A stretch of 50,766 nt of DNA from Gemmatimonadota bacterium (GTDB lineage Bacteria; Gemmatimonadota; Gemmatimonadetes; Longimicrobiales; RSA9). Both the position numbers and the translations under genes were made by a program. Under the pieces are notes generated by a model. The model saw nothing but the letters and a program-made list of their open reading frames with translations, was not told the DNA's origin and searched no databases. Shown here piece by piece: positions 12,359 to 22,770 of the stretch (within the stretch, counting starts at the first letter, position 1; each line of letters starts with the position of its first letter). The stretch covers positions 133,536 to 184,301 of the forward strand of contig JBBDRO010000100.1 of the NCBI GenBank assembly GCA_040905425.1, read 5' to 3'.

Positions 12359-15300
12359 ATGTCCCTCCCCCGCATCTCCATCGGGCGGCCCGTGGCTGTG
12401 GCCATGCTCTTCGTGGCCGTGGCCATCCTGGGCGGCCTCTCCTTCACCCGGCTGCCGGTGGACCTGCTGCCGGACGTGGCCTATCCGCGGCTGGTGGTCT
12501 ACACCAGCTATCCGGGGGTAGCCCCCCGTGAGGTGGAGCGCTTCGTTACCGAGAGAATCGAGCAGGCGCTCTCCGCCGTGCCGGGCAAGGAAAGCCTGGA
12601 GAGCGTCACGCGCGAGGGGATGAGCCTGGTCACGGTGCGCTTCGCGTGGGGCACGGACATGGACTTTGCCAGCCTCAACGTGCGCGAAAAGCTCGACGGC
12701 ATCCGCGCCAGTCTACCCGCCGGCGTGGAAGGCCGGCCCATCATGCTCCGCACCGACCCCCGCAGCGACCCCATCCTGTCCATCAGCGCCTCCGGCGAGG
12801 AGATGGATCTGTGGGCACTCAAGGATCTGAGCGAGACGGTCTTCCGCCGGCGGCTGGAGCAGATCGACGGGGTGGCGCAGGCCTCGGTCACGGGCGGGCT
12901 GGAGCGGGAGATCCAGGTCACCGTGGATCCGGTGCGGCTGGCGGGCTACGGCCTCACCGTGCAGGACGTGGCCGCGCGCGTGGCCGCCGCCAACGCGCCG
13001 TCCGCCAGCGCCATCGTGCGCCACGGCAACTTCGACTTCTCGCTGCGCACGCTTGGCGAGCTGGTGGCGGTGCCCGAGATCGAGGACGTGGTCGTGGCCA
13101 TCCGGCCGACGAGCAGCCAGAACGTGCCCGGCAACGCGCCGCGGCCGGACGGGCGCGTGCTGCTGCGCGACGTGGCCACCGTGGTGGACGGCTTCCGCGA
13201 GCGCGAGACCATCGCGCGCTACAACGGCTCCGAGTCCGTGGGCATTCTGGTCTTCAAGGAGCCACGCGCCAACACCGTGCGTGTCACCGAGACGGTCAAT
13301 CAAGCGTTGGACGAGCTGCGCGCCCAGTACCCCGCCGTGGAGCTGGACGTGGCGGCCAGCCAGGCCGAGTTCGTGGCCGGCGCCATAAACAACCTGAAGC
13401 AGCAGATGCTGCTCGGCGCACTCATGGCCTTCGTGGTGCTCATCTTCTTCCTGCGCGACGCGCGCTACTCGATGGCCATCGCGCTGGCCATCCCCATCTC
13501 GGTGATCGGCACCTTTGCCCTGCTCCACCTGGCGGGCGTGTCCCTCAACATCATGAGCATGGGCGGACTGGCGCTCGGCATCGGCATGCTCGTGGACAAC
13601 TCCATCGTGGTGATCGAGAACATCTTCCGCCACCGGGAGAAGGGCACCCGTGCCGCGCTGGCGGCGGCGGTGGGCACCGAGGAGGTGCAGCGCGCCATCA
13701 CCGCCTCCACGCTCACCACCATTGCCGTCTTCGGCCCCATCATCTACGTGCGGGGCGTGGCTGGCGAGCTGTTCGCCGCCCTCTCCTTTGCCGTGGCCTT
13801 CTCGCTACTGGCATCGCTGCTCGTGGCCGTGACGCTGCTGCCCACCATGGCGGCGCGCTGGGACGACGCGGAGCGGCGCGCACCGGGGCGGTTGCGCCGC
13901 GCCTGGGCCCCCGTGGCGCATACCCTGGCGGCGCCACTGCGCGGCTTCGATCGCGTGTGGGCGGGGTTCACGGGCTGGTACCATCGCACACTGTTGTGGT
14001 GCCTGGAGCATCGGGCGGTGGCGCTGGCGGCCGCCGCGGGGCTGCTCCTGCTCACCGTGCCGCTGGCGCTGGACCTTAACCGCTCCATGCTGCCGGAGGT
14101 GGAGCAGGGCGAGTTCCGCGTGCGCATCGACCTGCCGCGCGGCACGCCGCTGGAGCGCACGGCCGCCTTCACCGCCGAGGTGGAGGAGGCGCTGCTTGGT
14201 GACTCCGCCGTGGCGGCCGTCTTCTCGCGCATCGGCAAGCAGCTGGCCGCCGCGGGCTTCGAGGAGCGGGAGAGCGGGCTGCACACTGCGCTGCTCGAGG
14301 TACGCCTGCACGAGGACCAGGTGACCCCTCCCGTGCTGGCTCGGCTGCGTGCGCGCTTCGCCGACCTGCCGCCCGGTACCCTGGCCATGGAGACCGGCCA
14401 GGCCACCGCCATGGGGCGGCTGCTGGGCGCCGGGGAAGCGGACCTGGCGGTGCGCATCCGGGCCGAGGACCTGGAAGGGGCCATGGCCTACGGCGAGCAA
14501 CTCGCGAGGGTGCTGGCAGCTGACCAGCGCCTCACCAACGTGCGTCTGGGCACGGACCTGGGCCAGCCGGAATTCGAGGTCGAGCTCGACCGCGAGCGCG
14601 CCGCCATGTACAACATCAATCCGCGCGACGTGGTCGAGACGGTGGAGGATTATATGTACGGTGAGCTGGCCACCGACTTCGTGGCCTTCGACGCCAAGAT
14701 CCCCGTCTGGGTGCGTCTTCCGCAGGAGGACCGCCGCCGCATCGAGACGCTGAACAATCTCCGCGTCCGGGGGATCCCGCTCTCCGAACTGCTCATCGTG
14801 CACGAGTCCACCGGGCCGGTGGAGGTCCAGCGCGTGGACCAGAACCGCGTGGTGCCGGTGTTCGCGGACGTGAGCAGCGGCGGGGTGGATGAAGCCGTGG
14901 CGGCGGTGGAGGCCAGTTTGGCAGCGGCGCCCCCCGCCGATCGGGACATGCGCGTCACGGTGGGCGGCGAGAACGAGGAGATGCGCCACAGCTTCCGCGA
15001 ACTGGCGCTGGCCTTCGCGCTGGCCGTACTCCTAGTCTACATGATCCTGGCCGCCCAATTCGAGTCCTTCCTGCACCCGTTCACCGTGCTGCTGTCGGTG
15101 CCCATGGGGCTCATCGGCGCCGTGGTGGCGCTCTGGCTCATGAACAGCGGACTGAACGTGGTGAGTATCATCGGGCTGGTGATCCTGGTAGGGATCGTGA
15201 ACAACGATGCCGTGGTGAAGGTGGACTTCATCAACCAGATGCGGGAGGCGGGGATGAACACGCGGGACGCCGTGGTGGAGGCCGGGCGGGCACGCGTGCG

Positions 15301-15589
15301 GCCCATCGTCATGAACACCATCACCACCATGGTGGCCGTGCTGCCCATGATGCTCGGCATCGGCGCCGGCGCCAACCTGCAGGCCCCCATGGCGGTGGCC
15401 ATCTTCGGTGGGCTGGTCACCTCCACGCTGCTCACGCTGCTTATTCTGCCGCTCTTCTACGAGATCTTCGACGACGCCGGGGTGTGGCTGCGCAACCGCT
15501 TCCGCGGCGGCGAGTCCGAGCCTGCGGTGGTGGCCACGCCGAGGGCCGGCGCCACGCAGTTCCTGGAACCGATGGTCGGGGGAGACTGA
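12359..15589 (+). CDS. RND efflux permease (AcrB/AcrD/AcrF family), subunit 1
   Basis: RPVAVAML...LPVDLLPDV, GMLVDNSIVVIENI, AAQFES..HP and RVRPIVM motifs; 1076 aa. Confidence 0.95.
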   Translation: MSLPRISIGRPVAVAMLFVAVAILGGLSFTRLPVDLLPDVAYPRLVVYTSYPGVAPREVERFVTERIEQALSAVPGKESLESVTREGMSLVTVRFAWGTDMDFASLNVREKLDGIRASLPAGVEGRPIMLRTDPRSDPILSISASGEEMDLWALKDLSETVFRRRLEQIDGVAQASVTGGLEREIQVTVDPVRLAGYGLTVQDVAARVAAANAPSASAIVRHGNFDFSLRTLGELVAVPEIEDVVVAIRPTSSQNVPGNAPRPDGRVLLRDVATVVDGFRERETIARYNGSESVGILVFKEPRANTVRVTETVNQALDELRAQYPAVELDVAASQAEFVAGAINNLKQQMLLGALMAFVVLIFFLRDARYSMAIALAIPISVIGTFALLHLAGVSLNIMSMGGLALGIGMLVDNSIVVIENIFRHREKGTRAALAAAVGTEEVQRAITASTLTTIAVFGPIIYVRGVAGELFAALSFAVAFSLLASLLVAVTLLPTMAARWDDAERRAPGRLRRAWAPVAHTLAAPLRGFDRVWAGFTGWYHRTLLWCLEHRAVALAAAAGLLLLTVPLALDLNRSMLPEVEQGEFRVRIDLPRGTPLERTAAFTAEVEEALLGDSAVAAVFSRIGKQLAAAGFEERESGLHTALLEVRLHEDQVTPPVLARLRARFADLPPGTLAMETGQATAMGRLLGAGEADLAVRIRAEDLEGAMAYGEQLARVLAADQRLTNVRLGTDLGQPEFEVELDRERAAMYNINPRDVVETVEDYMYGELATDFVAFDAKIPVWVRLPQEDRRRIETLNNLRVRGIPLSELLIVHESTGPVEVQRVDQNRVVPVFADVSSGGVDEAVAAVEASLAAAPPADRDMRVTVGGENEEMRHSFRELALAFALAVLLVYMILAAQFESFLHPFTVLLSVPMGLIGAVVALWLMNSGLNVVSIIGLVILVGIVNNDAVVKVDFINQMREAGMNTRDAVVEAGRARVRPIVMNTITTMVAVLPMMLGIGAGANLQAPMAVAIFGGLVTSTLLTLLILPLFYEIFDDAGVWLRNRFRGGESEPAVVATPRAGATQFLEPMVGGD

Positions 15590-15590
15590 G

Positions 15591-18500
15591 ATGATCATCC
15601 GCACGGCCATCCGCCGCCCTGTCGCGGTGGCCATGACCTACGTGGTCATCGCCTCGCTGGGCTTCCTGGCATGGCGCAACATGCCCCTCGAACTCATGCC
15701 GGAAACGGCGCTGCCGCAACTGAGCGTGCAGGCCTCCTACCCGGGCGCCTCGCCCGAGGTGACAGAGGCCTTCGTGACCTCCCCGCTGGAAGCGGCCATC
15801 CAGCAGGTCCAGGGGGTTGATTCAATCAGCTCCGTGTCCACCGAGGGGCGGGCCGCCATCCAGGTGAAGTTCGACCGGGACGCGGACATGGACTTTGCCC
15901 GCCTGGAACTCTCGGAGCGGCTGGCCTCGCTGGAGGACGTTCTCCCCGATGGAGTGAGGCCCACCGTCGATCCTTACGTGCCGTCCGAATTCCAGGAATC
16001 GCTGCGTCCCCTCCTGGTATACCAGATCACGGGTCCATTCACCCTGGAGTACCAGCGGGAGTATCTGCTGGAGGAGGTCTCCGAGGTGCTGCTGCGCCTG
16101 CGTGGGGTGGAGGACGTGCGGGTGAGTGGCGGGCGGGACCGCGTTTTCAACCTTGTGCTGGACGAGGACCAGACGCGGGCGCTGGGGCTCACGCTCGACG
16201 CCGTCAGGCAGCGCATCATCGACCTGGAGTGGATTAAGGAGGCGGGCCACGTGGGGGTGGCCGACGGTACGCTCCGCACCATCGCCATCCGGGAGACGGT
16301 CGGCTCAACCGAGGAGATCCTGAACACGCCGCTGCTCACGAACGGCGGCCGTATCGTGCGCGTGCGAGACGTGGCCGACGCCTACGAGACGTGGACGGAG
16401 CCCACGGGCTACAACCGCATCAACAGCAATCCGGCCGTCACCATGCAGATCTATCGCGCGCATGGTACCAACGCCGTGCAGGTGGCGGATTCCGTGATCG
16501 CCACGCTGGCGGGGCTGGAGCCGCACTTTCCGGGCGGCATGCGTATGGAGCTGATCCGCAATCAGAGTGATGACATCGAGAAGCAGCTCACGGACCTGGG
16601 GGAGCGCGCCGTGGTATCGGCCGTCGTGGTCATGCTGGTGCTGCTCGTCTTCCTGCGTGACGTGCGCGCGGCGGTGATCGTCTTCACCACCGTGGCCTTC
16701 GCGGTGCTCATCACCATCAACGCCATCTACTTCCTGGGCTTCAGCCTGAACATCCTCACGCTCATGGGGCTGGCCATGGGCTTCGGGCTGGTGGTGGACA
16801 ACGCCATCGTCGTGCTGGAGAACATCTTCCGCCACCGCAAGCAGGGCGTGGACGCCACCGAGGCGGCGGAGCGCGGCGCCACGGAGGTAGTGCTGCCCAT
16901 CCTGGCCGCCACCGCCACCACGGTCATCGTGGTGGTTCCATTCGTCTACCTGCAGGGCGCGCTGCGCGTCTACTACGTGCCGCTGGCCGTGGTGGTGGGC
17001 ATCTCGCTCGTGGCCTCCCTCTTCGTGGCCTTTACCTTCATCCCCTCCCTGGGCTCGCGGCTGTTCAAGGGGGTGAAGCGCGTGCTCCCCGGCAGCGGCC
17101 AGGAACCGGGGGGTGTGCGCGCGGCCACGGAGGACACGCTGGTGGTGCGCGCCTACGGCGGCCTCATCCGCGGCTCCGTACGCTACTGGTGGGCCACGCT
17201 CATCATTGCCATGACCATGCTGGGCGGCTCCTACTACCTGTTCGACCGCTACGTCACGCGCGGCCGGGTCTGGGGCGGTGGCTTCGGGGGCGAGCAGCGC
17301 ACCTACATCATGATCAGCCTGCGCCAGGCGCGAGGCACCAGTCTGGCCGACACGGACCGCTTCATCCGCTCCTTCGAGGAGCGCCTCCGCCCGATGCCGG
17401 AGGTGTCCACGTACGAGAGCACCGTTTCCGCCATGTCAGGGTCCATCCGGGTGAACTTCCCCGAGGAGCTGGAGCTCACCTCCGTGCCGCTGGCCGTGGA
17501 GGAGCAGCTGCAGGCCTTCTCCTCCGGGCGCTTCGGCGGGCTCTCCCTGTCCATCCGTGGCGTCGGCCCCGGTTTCTCCACGGGGGGGATGGGCGGCAGT
17601 TCGCCAAATTACAGGATCAAGATCCTGGGTTACAACTACCAGAAAGTGGAGGACATCGCGGAGGCGCTGGCGGAGAAGCTGGTGGGCAACACACGCATCG
17701 GGGAGGTGGACACCAATGCCTCCAGCCGCGGTTACTCGTCAGCGCGGGCTTCCGAACTGACGCTCACGCCTGACCGGGACCTGCTGGCCCTCCACGAGTT
17801 GTCCGCGCGGGACGTCACCCAGCTGGTCACCGCCGCCACCCGCAGCCGCGAGCTCTCACCCCGCACCATCCGCGTGGCCGGTGAGGAGATGCGCTTCGCC
17901 CCCAAGTACGAAGGCTTCGAGGAGATGGATTCCTGGGGGCTGCTCCAGTCCACGCTCTACACGCCGGACGGACGCACGGTCCGGCTGGGGGACGTGGCAA
18001 CCATCGACGAGCGCCGCGTGCTCTCCGAGGTGCGGCGCGAGAACCAGCAGTACGAACGTACGGTGGGCTACGAGTTCCGCGGCCCCAGCAAGCTGGGGGA
18101 CAAGATCCGCGATGACGTGCTGGCGGCCATGTACCTGCCGCCCGGCTACACCATCGACACCAACACGGGATACTTCATACGGGCGGACGAGCGGCGCCAG
18201 ATCTGGGGGCTCATCGGCATGGGCATCCTCCTGGTCTTCATGGTCACGGCGGCGCTCTTCGAGTCCCTGAAGCAGCCGCTGGTGGTGCTGCTCACGGTGC
18301 CCATGGCGCTCATCGGCGTCTTTCTCATCTTCTTCTACCTGGGCGCCACCTTCACGCGCGAGGCGTACATCGGCGTGGTCATGATGAGCGGCATCGTGGT
18401 CAACAACGCCATCCTGCTGGTGGACCACGTGAACCAGCTCCGGCGCAAGGCGGGGCTGGGGCTGCACGACGCGCTGGTGCGCGGCAGCGTGGAGCGGGTG

Positions 18501-18878
18501 CGGCCCATCCTCATGACCTCACTCACCACCATCTGCGGGCTGCTGCCGCTCGTGCTCTTCTCGGAGACCGCGGACTCGCGCATCTGGAACGCCCTGGCCA
18601 ACACGCTCATCGGCGGCCTGTCCAGCTCCATGTTCCTGGTGCTCACGGTAACGCCGGCGCTCTACTACCTGTTCGAGGCCCGCGCCGAGAAGAAGCGGCT
18701 CGTGCTGGCGGGTACATGGGAGGAGCCGGTGCGCACGGGTCCGCCGCTCTGGAAGCGCGCGCCGAAGGCGGTGGGCCGCTTCGCGATGCGCGCGCCGGTG
18801 TGGACGTGGCGGGGGCTCACCTGGGCGCCGAAGAAGGTCTGGCGGGTGTACAGCGGGCGCGGCGGGCCACCCGATTGA
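15591..18878 (+). CDS. RND efflux permease (AcrB/AcrD/AcrF family), subunit 2
   Basis: ATG 2 nt after the previous stop; RRPVAVAM, GLVVDNAIVVLENI, GIVVNNAILLVD and RVRPILMT motifs. Confidence 0.95.
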   Translation: MIIRTAIRRPVAVAMTYVVIASLGFLAWRNMPLELMPETALPQLSVQASYPGASPEVTEAFVTSPLEAAIQQVQGVDSISSVSTEGRAAIQVKFDRDADMDFARLELSERLASLEDVLPDGVRPTVDPYVPSEFQESLRPLLVYQITGPFTLEYQREYLLEEVSEVLLRLRGVEDVRVSGGRDRVFNLVLDEDQTRALGLTLDAVRQRIIDLEWIKEAGHVGVADGTLRTIAIRETVGSTEEILNTPLLTNGGRIVRVRDVADAYETWTEPTGYNRINSNPAVTMQIYRAHGTNAVQVADSVIATLAGLEPHFPGGMRMELIRNQSDDIEKQLTDLGERAVVSAVVVMLVLLVFLRDVRAAVIVFTTVAFAVLITINAIYFLGFSLNILTLMGLAMGFGLVVDNAIVVLENIFRHRKQGVDATEAAERGATEVVLPILAATATTVIVVVPFVYLQGALRVYYVPLAVVVGISLVASLFVAFTFIPSLGSRLFKGVKRVLPGSGQEPGGVRAATEDTLVVRAYGGLIRGSVRYWWATLIIAMTMLGGSYYLFDRYVTRGRVWGGGFGGEQRTYIMISLRQARGTSLADTDRFIRSFEERLRPMPEVSTYESTVSAMSGSIRVNFPEELELTSVPLAVEEQLQAFSSGRFGGLSLSIRGVGPGFSTGGMGGSSPNYRIKILGYNYQKVEDIAEALAEKLVGNTRIGEVDTNASSRGYSSARASELTLTPDRDLLALHELSARDVTQLVTAATRSRELSPRTIRVAGEEMRFAPKYEGFEEMDSWGLLQSTLYTPDGRTVRLGDVATIDERRVLSEVRRENQQYERTVGYEFRGPSKLGDKIRDDVLAAMYLPPGYTIDTNTGYFIRADERRQIWGLIGMGILLVFMVTAALFESLKQPLVVLLTVPMALIGVFLIFFYLGATFTREAYIGVVMMSGIVVNNAILLVDHVNQLRRKAGLGLHDALVRGSVERVRPILMTSLTTICGLLPLVLFSETADSRIWNALANTLIGGLSSSMFLVLTVTPALYYLFEARAEKKRLVLAGTWEEPVRTGPPLWKRAPKAVGRFAMRAPVWTWRGLTWAPKKVWRVYSGRGGPPD
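18744..18878 (+). repeat. 135-bp direct repeat, copy 1 (functional 3' end of permease 2)
   Basis: Matches 25137-25271 at 122 of 135 positions (manual count), with no gaps and the stop at the same position. Confidence 0.95.
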
Positions 18879-19157
18879 TATAAATACGCGGTTATAGGCA
18901 CGCTCCCGCCGCTCGGGCCCGTATTGCCATGGAGGAGGAGCCGCCCATTTCTTAGTCAAGCCCACCGAAGCAGTCCGAACAGTAGGCACAGATGGTCACA
19001 ATCATTCTGATCGCCGACTTTTTCCTGAACGGAACTTAAGAACTTAGTTCAATTCAATGTAAACCGCGGTGTTTACGGGTTCAGTTTAATATCGCTGTAC
19101 TTTTCTCGCGGACGGGATAATTGACTGCAACCATGCGCAGAGCGCGGATGAGGAAAG

Positions 19158-20453
19158 ATGAATGGTATCGAAGCGTATAACGGCGACCTGGGTCAAATCA
19201 GCCTGGCTATACAACGCTACGACAAAATACAATCCGCTATCATTGAGGCTGCTGCGCTACCGAGCAACAAATGGCGACAGTATATCGCCAACTGTGCCAG
19301 TGATTTCATCGGGCAGAATGAAGGTGAATGGCTGCGAAGTACGACCCATCGGAGTGACATCGATTGTTTATTGACAGAAGGAACTGCATGGCTTGACGCC
19401 CCTTCCATACGGTATCTCGACGATTGTTGTAAAGGACCCCCAAATTTCCTGTCGACCATGCACGGGCAGAATATCATCGGTTATAGTTCCGATATCATAC
19501 TGGCTCGCGATCGATGTGCAGCGGTAGCCACTTCTCGGATACCGGTCATCATTGTGGGAGAAACTGGCACCGGCAAAGGAATGATCGCCCGCACCATTCA
19601 TTCAGGTCAGGGGAAGAAGCTACGCACGTTCTACAAGATTTCGGCGGATAATATTTCGACCGGCACCGTATCGTCGCAGCTGTTTGGGCATGTGAAGGGA
19701 GCATTCACCGATGCCCGAAGTAATAGGCAAGGCCTACTCCGGTCGGCATATGAGTGTAGTGGAACGTTGTTTCTCGACGATCTCCCGGACTTTCCGTTGG
19801 AGGTTCAGGCACAACTTCTTCAGGCGTTTGAGGAAGGACAATTCTATCCCTTAGGATCCGACTTGCCAGTCTCAATTGGAGGAAGATTGGACGCGCGACT
19901 GCAAGTCTGTGCTAGTAGCCACTCTGGTGACGCCCTCGCATCGATCCGGCCCGACCTGTACTTTCGCCTTGCTGGAGGCATCATTCGCGTCCCTCCGCTA
20001 AGGGAAAGGCCGTTCGACATTTTGCTCCTTGCGGACTATTTTCTGCATCGCAACTCTGGAGTTACGGGTGGTAGGCCGTCGAGGACTCACGTGCTCGCTC
20101 CAAATATATGCCGACAACTGCTGCGATATGACTGGCCTGGCAATGTGCGACAACTCGAAATGATTCTCCTTCGTGCATTGCTTTTAGGCAATGAGAAACT
20201 ATCGGCGGATGCACTATTGGAAGCCATCGCGCTAGAGAGTCTGCGTGACAATCGTGTTCAAGAGGCTAACGTTGGTAGCATGGCGCCGATGACAGGTGGC
20301 CGAGGACGGATCCTGAATGCTGACGAGGCGAAGCGTCGGCAAATCATAGCCGTCTGGCAGATGGAGATGGGAAATGTGTCGGCGACTGCGAGGCGAATCA
20401 ATGTAAGTCGCAAGACGGTCCAGCGTGCTTTGACGATGGAAGGCCTCCGTTGA
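19158..20453 (+). CDS. Sigma-54-dependent enhancer-binding transcriptional activator
   Basis: Walker A GETGTGKG, LFGHVKGAFTDA, LFLDDL, RPDLYFRL, WPGNVRQL and a C-terminal Fis-type HTH (GNVSATARRINVSRKTV). The N-terminus is not a recognisable receiver domain. Confidence 0.92.
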   Translation: MNGIEAYNGDLGQISLAIQRYDKIQSAIIEAAALPSNKWRQYIANCASDFIGQNEGEWLRSTTHRSDIDCLLTEGTAWLDAPSIRYLDDCCKGPPNFLSTMHGQNIIGYSSDIILARDRCAAVATSRIPVIIVGETGTGKGMIARTIHSGQGKKLRTFYKISADNISTGTVSSQLFGHVKGAFTDARSNRQGLLRSAYECSGTLFLDDLPDFPLEVQAQLLQAFEEGQFYPLGSDLPVSIGGRLDARLQVCASSHSGDALASIRPDLYFRLAGGIIRVPPLRERPFDILLLADYFLHRNSGVTGGRPSRTHVLAPNICRQLLRYDWPGNVRQLEMILLRALLLGNEKLSADALLEAIALESLRDNRVQEANVGSMAPMTGGRGRILNADEAKRRQIIAVWQMEMGNVSATARRINVSRKTVQRALTMEGLR

Positions 20454-20489
20454 AGTGGGCTTGGCCCTAACTGCCCTGGCGGTCGAAAA

Positions 20490-20803
20490 GTAAGCGTCCG
20501 GCCTCCCCAGGTCGACCAGGCGTACGGGCAACGCGTGGGCGGTCCCACGGGTGGGTGGGAGTCGATTGGCGATGTGAGCGTGGCCGTATGCGAGCGTGCG
20601 GTCTGGGCTGAGGTCGGCTCAGGGTGGCGCTCTGCCATCCTGCAGCGGTCGGGAAACAGTTCATCGAGCCGGTCCTCGTCCCATCCCGCGGCGAGCCTTC
20701 TCAGCACATCGGTCAGGTAGGGCAGCGGCGGCACGCCGTGCTGGGCGGCGCTGCGCATGAGGCTGTAGATCGTCGCGCTCCTCCGGGCGGCGTCGTGCGA
20801 GCC
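20490..20803 (-). mobile_element. IS66-family remnant (transposase C-terminus and terminal repeat)
   Basis: GSHDAARRSATIYSLMRSAAQHGVPPLPYLTDVLRRL...LDELFP resembles the IS66 TnpC C-terminus; the element end GTAAGCGTCC at 20490 fits IS66 termini. Confidence 0.8.
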
Positions 20804-20809
20804 CGGCCG

Positions 20810-21085
20810 AGGCACGGCGGGCGGTGTTCGAGTTCATCGAGGGGTGGTACAATCCTCACCGGCGTCATCCGGCGCTGGGCAGATCTCGCCGGGTGCCATT
20901 ACGGCTCGCGCGAGCCTCAAGGCCCGGGCGGCGGCGGCGTGAGGCTGGTCGCCGCGTGGCGCTGGCAGCCTTCACACCCGCCACTCAACGTGGACTCGCG
21001 CCTCGCGGCGCGATGGGTCTTCGTCCTCCCCCGCTGGAGGGGAGGACCCAAATCAGAACTGTCCACGAAAACCGGGACAACCTCA
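20810..21085 (+). mobile_element. IS3-family remnant (integrase-core C-terminus and right inverted repeat)
   Basis: VFEFIEGWYNPHRRHPALG motif; ends in TGTCCACGAAAACCGGGACAACCTCA, an IS3-type IR ending in CA. Confidence 0.8.
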
Positions 21086-21088
21086 CAT

Positions 21089-21586
21089 TCATTCCGCTAA
21101 AGCCGCCTGTACCATCGCTGTAAGCGGGAGGTGAGCGATAACGTTTCCTGTGCAAGTCGCAACCTGCACTGCCTTGCGCTCTACATTTAGTGATACACGA
21201 CTAGGGTATTTCCATATGAACGCTTGCACACCCTCAGCATCATTATCGGCGATGGCGGTTCGGAGTTCTTCCAGATCTGCTGTAGCTAGCGTGGGACCAC
21301 TTCCATCGCAAAGAGGACCGTGCTTCTCGTCGCAAGTTCCGCTCTCGCATTGACCGTTCACATGGACGCCCCCGTTCCGCATCGCGTTAGGGTCCATATC
21401 CGGGACCTCGAAAGCATAGTGGTAACCAGGGTCACAGTCATAGGAATAACAATGAATATCGCAAAGGTCGACCATCATGATGGGTGCTGCGACGGCCGCG
21501 GCTGGCGATGCTCCACTTCCAGGAACGAGGGTTGCGGCGTATCCTGTGACGGCGAGAAGGCCCAGTAATTGCATTACTTTTCGCAT
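21089..21586 (-). CDS. Secreted Cys/His-rich protein A (165 aa, 7 Cys)
   Basis: ATG overlaps the upstream stop (TAATG) with a GGAGA RBS; N-terminal signal peptide; similar to 27627-28286. Confidence 0.85.
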   Translation of the reverse strand: MRKVMQLLGLLAVTGYAATLVPGSGASPAAAVAAPIMMVDLCDIHCYSYDCDPGYHYAFEVPDMDPNAMRNGGVHVNGQCESGTCDEKHGPLCDGSGPTLATADLEELRTAIADNDAEGVQAFIWKYPSRVSLNVERKAVQVATCTGNVIAHLPLTAMVQAALAE

Positions 21587-22770
21587 TAGTTCTCCATTGG
21601 GGTTAACGAGGCACGCCAAACATCGAAGGTAGTAGGGGCAAGTGTAGAGGCCGCGCGGGATACTAGAAACGAGGCCCCGTTCGCCACGCGTGTGGCTCTC
21701 TCGAACCGGTGGCTGGCAAGTACGCGCCCCGTCGGGACGTGCACAGCATCCAAGATCCAGTCGTGGTCTGCATCGTATTCGTCGGCATCCCAGCGGCGCT
21801 CCCAGACAGTATCTGCGGGCGGCATCCATGCCGCATCCGCAACTCGGATCAACACCCATATTAGGTTAGGTCCCCCGTCGATCAGGGACTGGACAATGGA
21901 AACCGGGCGCTCGCCGTCGCCTTGGTATCTGAGTGCTTCAGAAAACCACTCAGCTTGCACTGGGACTCGGTATAACCGCCGACCGCTCCGCGCATCCCAT
22001 TGCTCGAGTGAATAAGATCCGCGACGTGCCGCCCAAATACTGCCGGCAGCCCCGTAGGTTACAACGTGCTCGGTTGCAAGGGGGAGATCGAAGCGGAAAT
22101 GAGGGGTGTCTGCGCCGAAGGAGAACTCAATACTTCCAGAAGGGTTCGCGCGGTGTAGTGGATAGCCGACTGCGTCAGCAGATCCCACGTGGTCTGCAAC
22201 GACGAAAGTGCCGTCATCCAATATCAGGCTCGGACCACGCAGCGCGAGGATGGATCTCGCGAAGGACAGGTCGGGAGTGAATACCGTGAGCCTTTGAAGT
22301 CCGACATCGAATACGAATACGGAGTCACCGGGACCCAAAACCGGCATGGTAGCGAGCATGAATTCGCCTGGACCCTGCCCCTGTGATCCGACAGTACGCG
22401 AAAGCGATCCGGCTGAATCGTACACCAGCATCCGATGGCGCGTTCGCGCCATCGAGAGAAAGCTGCCATTTCGCAGCTTAATCACTGTCGGACGGTCTGA
22501 GAGAAGACCGGTTTGATCGGGGTCTTCAAGCGTGCCCACCCGCGTGAGTAGCACACCGCATCGGCGCTTGAGGCATTCACCCACCGATATCGGATATTGC
22601 GAGGTAGAATCCCCGAGGGTCTCGACGGAATCCGGGAACTGAGAGGAGCGTTCCGCCTGATTGAGCGCGGATTGTTCGGTATCGCCGATACCGCCGCAGG
22701 AGGTAAGGACCGCCAGTCCAAGCGCGGCGATCACCCTTCGTGCGCGAACTTCGCCTGTTGCTACATGCAT
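21586..22770 (-). CDS. Predicted lipoprotein, NHL/6-bladed beta-propeller (cassette 1)
   Basis: Lipobox LTS|C after RARR and a hydrophobic stretch; VGSQGQGPGEF and GPGDSVFVFD motifs; homologous to 28298-29614. Start uncertain. Confidence 0.82.
   Translation of the reverse strand: MHVATGEVRARRVIAALGLAVLTSCGGIGDTEQSALNQAERSSQFPDSVETLGDSTSQYPISVGECLKRRCGVLLTRVGTLEDPDQTGLLSDRPTVIKLRNGSFLSMARTRHRMLVYDSAGSLSRTVGSQGQGPGEFMLATMPVLGPGDSVFVFDVGLQRLTVFTPDLSFARSILALRGPSLILDDGTFVVADHVGSADAVGYPLHRANPSGSIEFSFGADTPHFRFDLPLATEHVVTYGAAGSIWAARRGSYSLEQWDARSGRRLYRVPVQAEWFSEALRYQGDGERPVSIVQSLIDGGPNLIWVLIRVADAAWMPPADTVWERRWDADEYDADHDWILDAVHVPTGRVLASHRFERATRVANGASFLVSRAASTLAPTTFDVWRASLTPMEN

Noticed and set aside
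20258..21123. Intact transposase genes
   Set aside because: Only short C-terminal fragments are present and the catalytic DDE cores are missing, so they cannot mobilise the cassette themselves.
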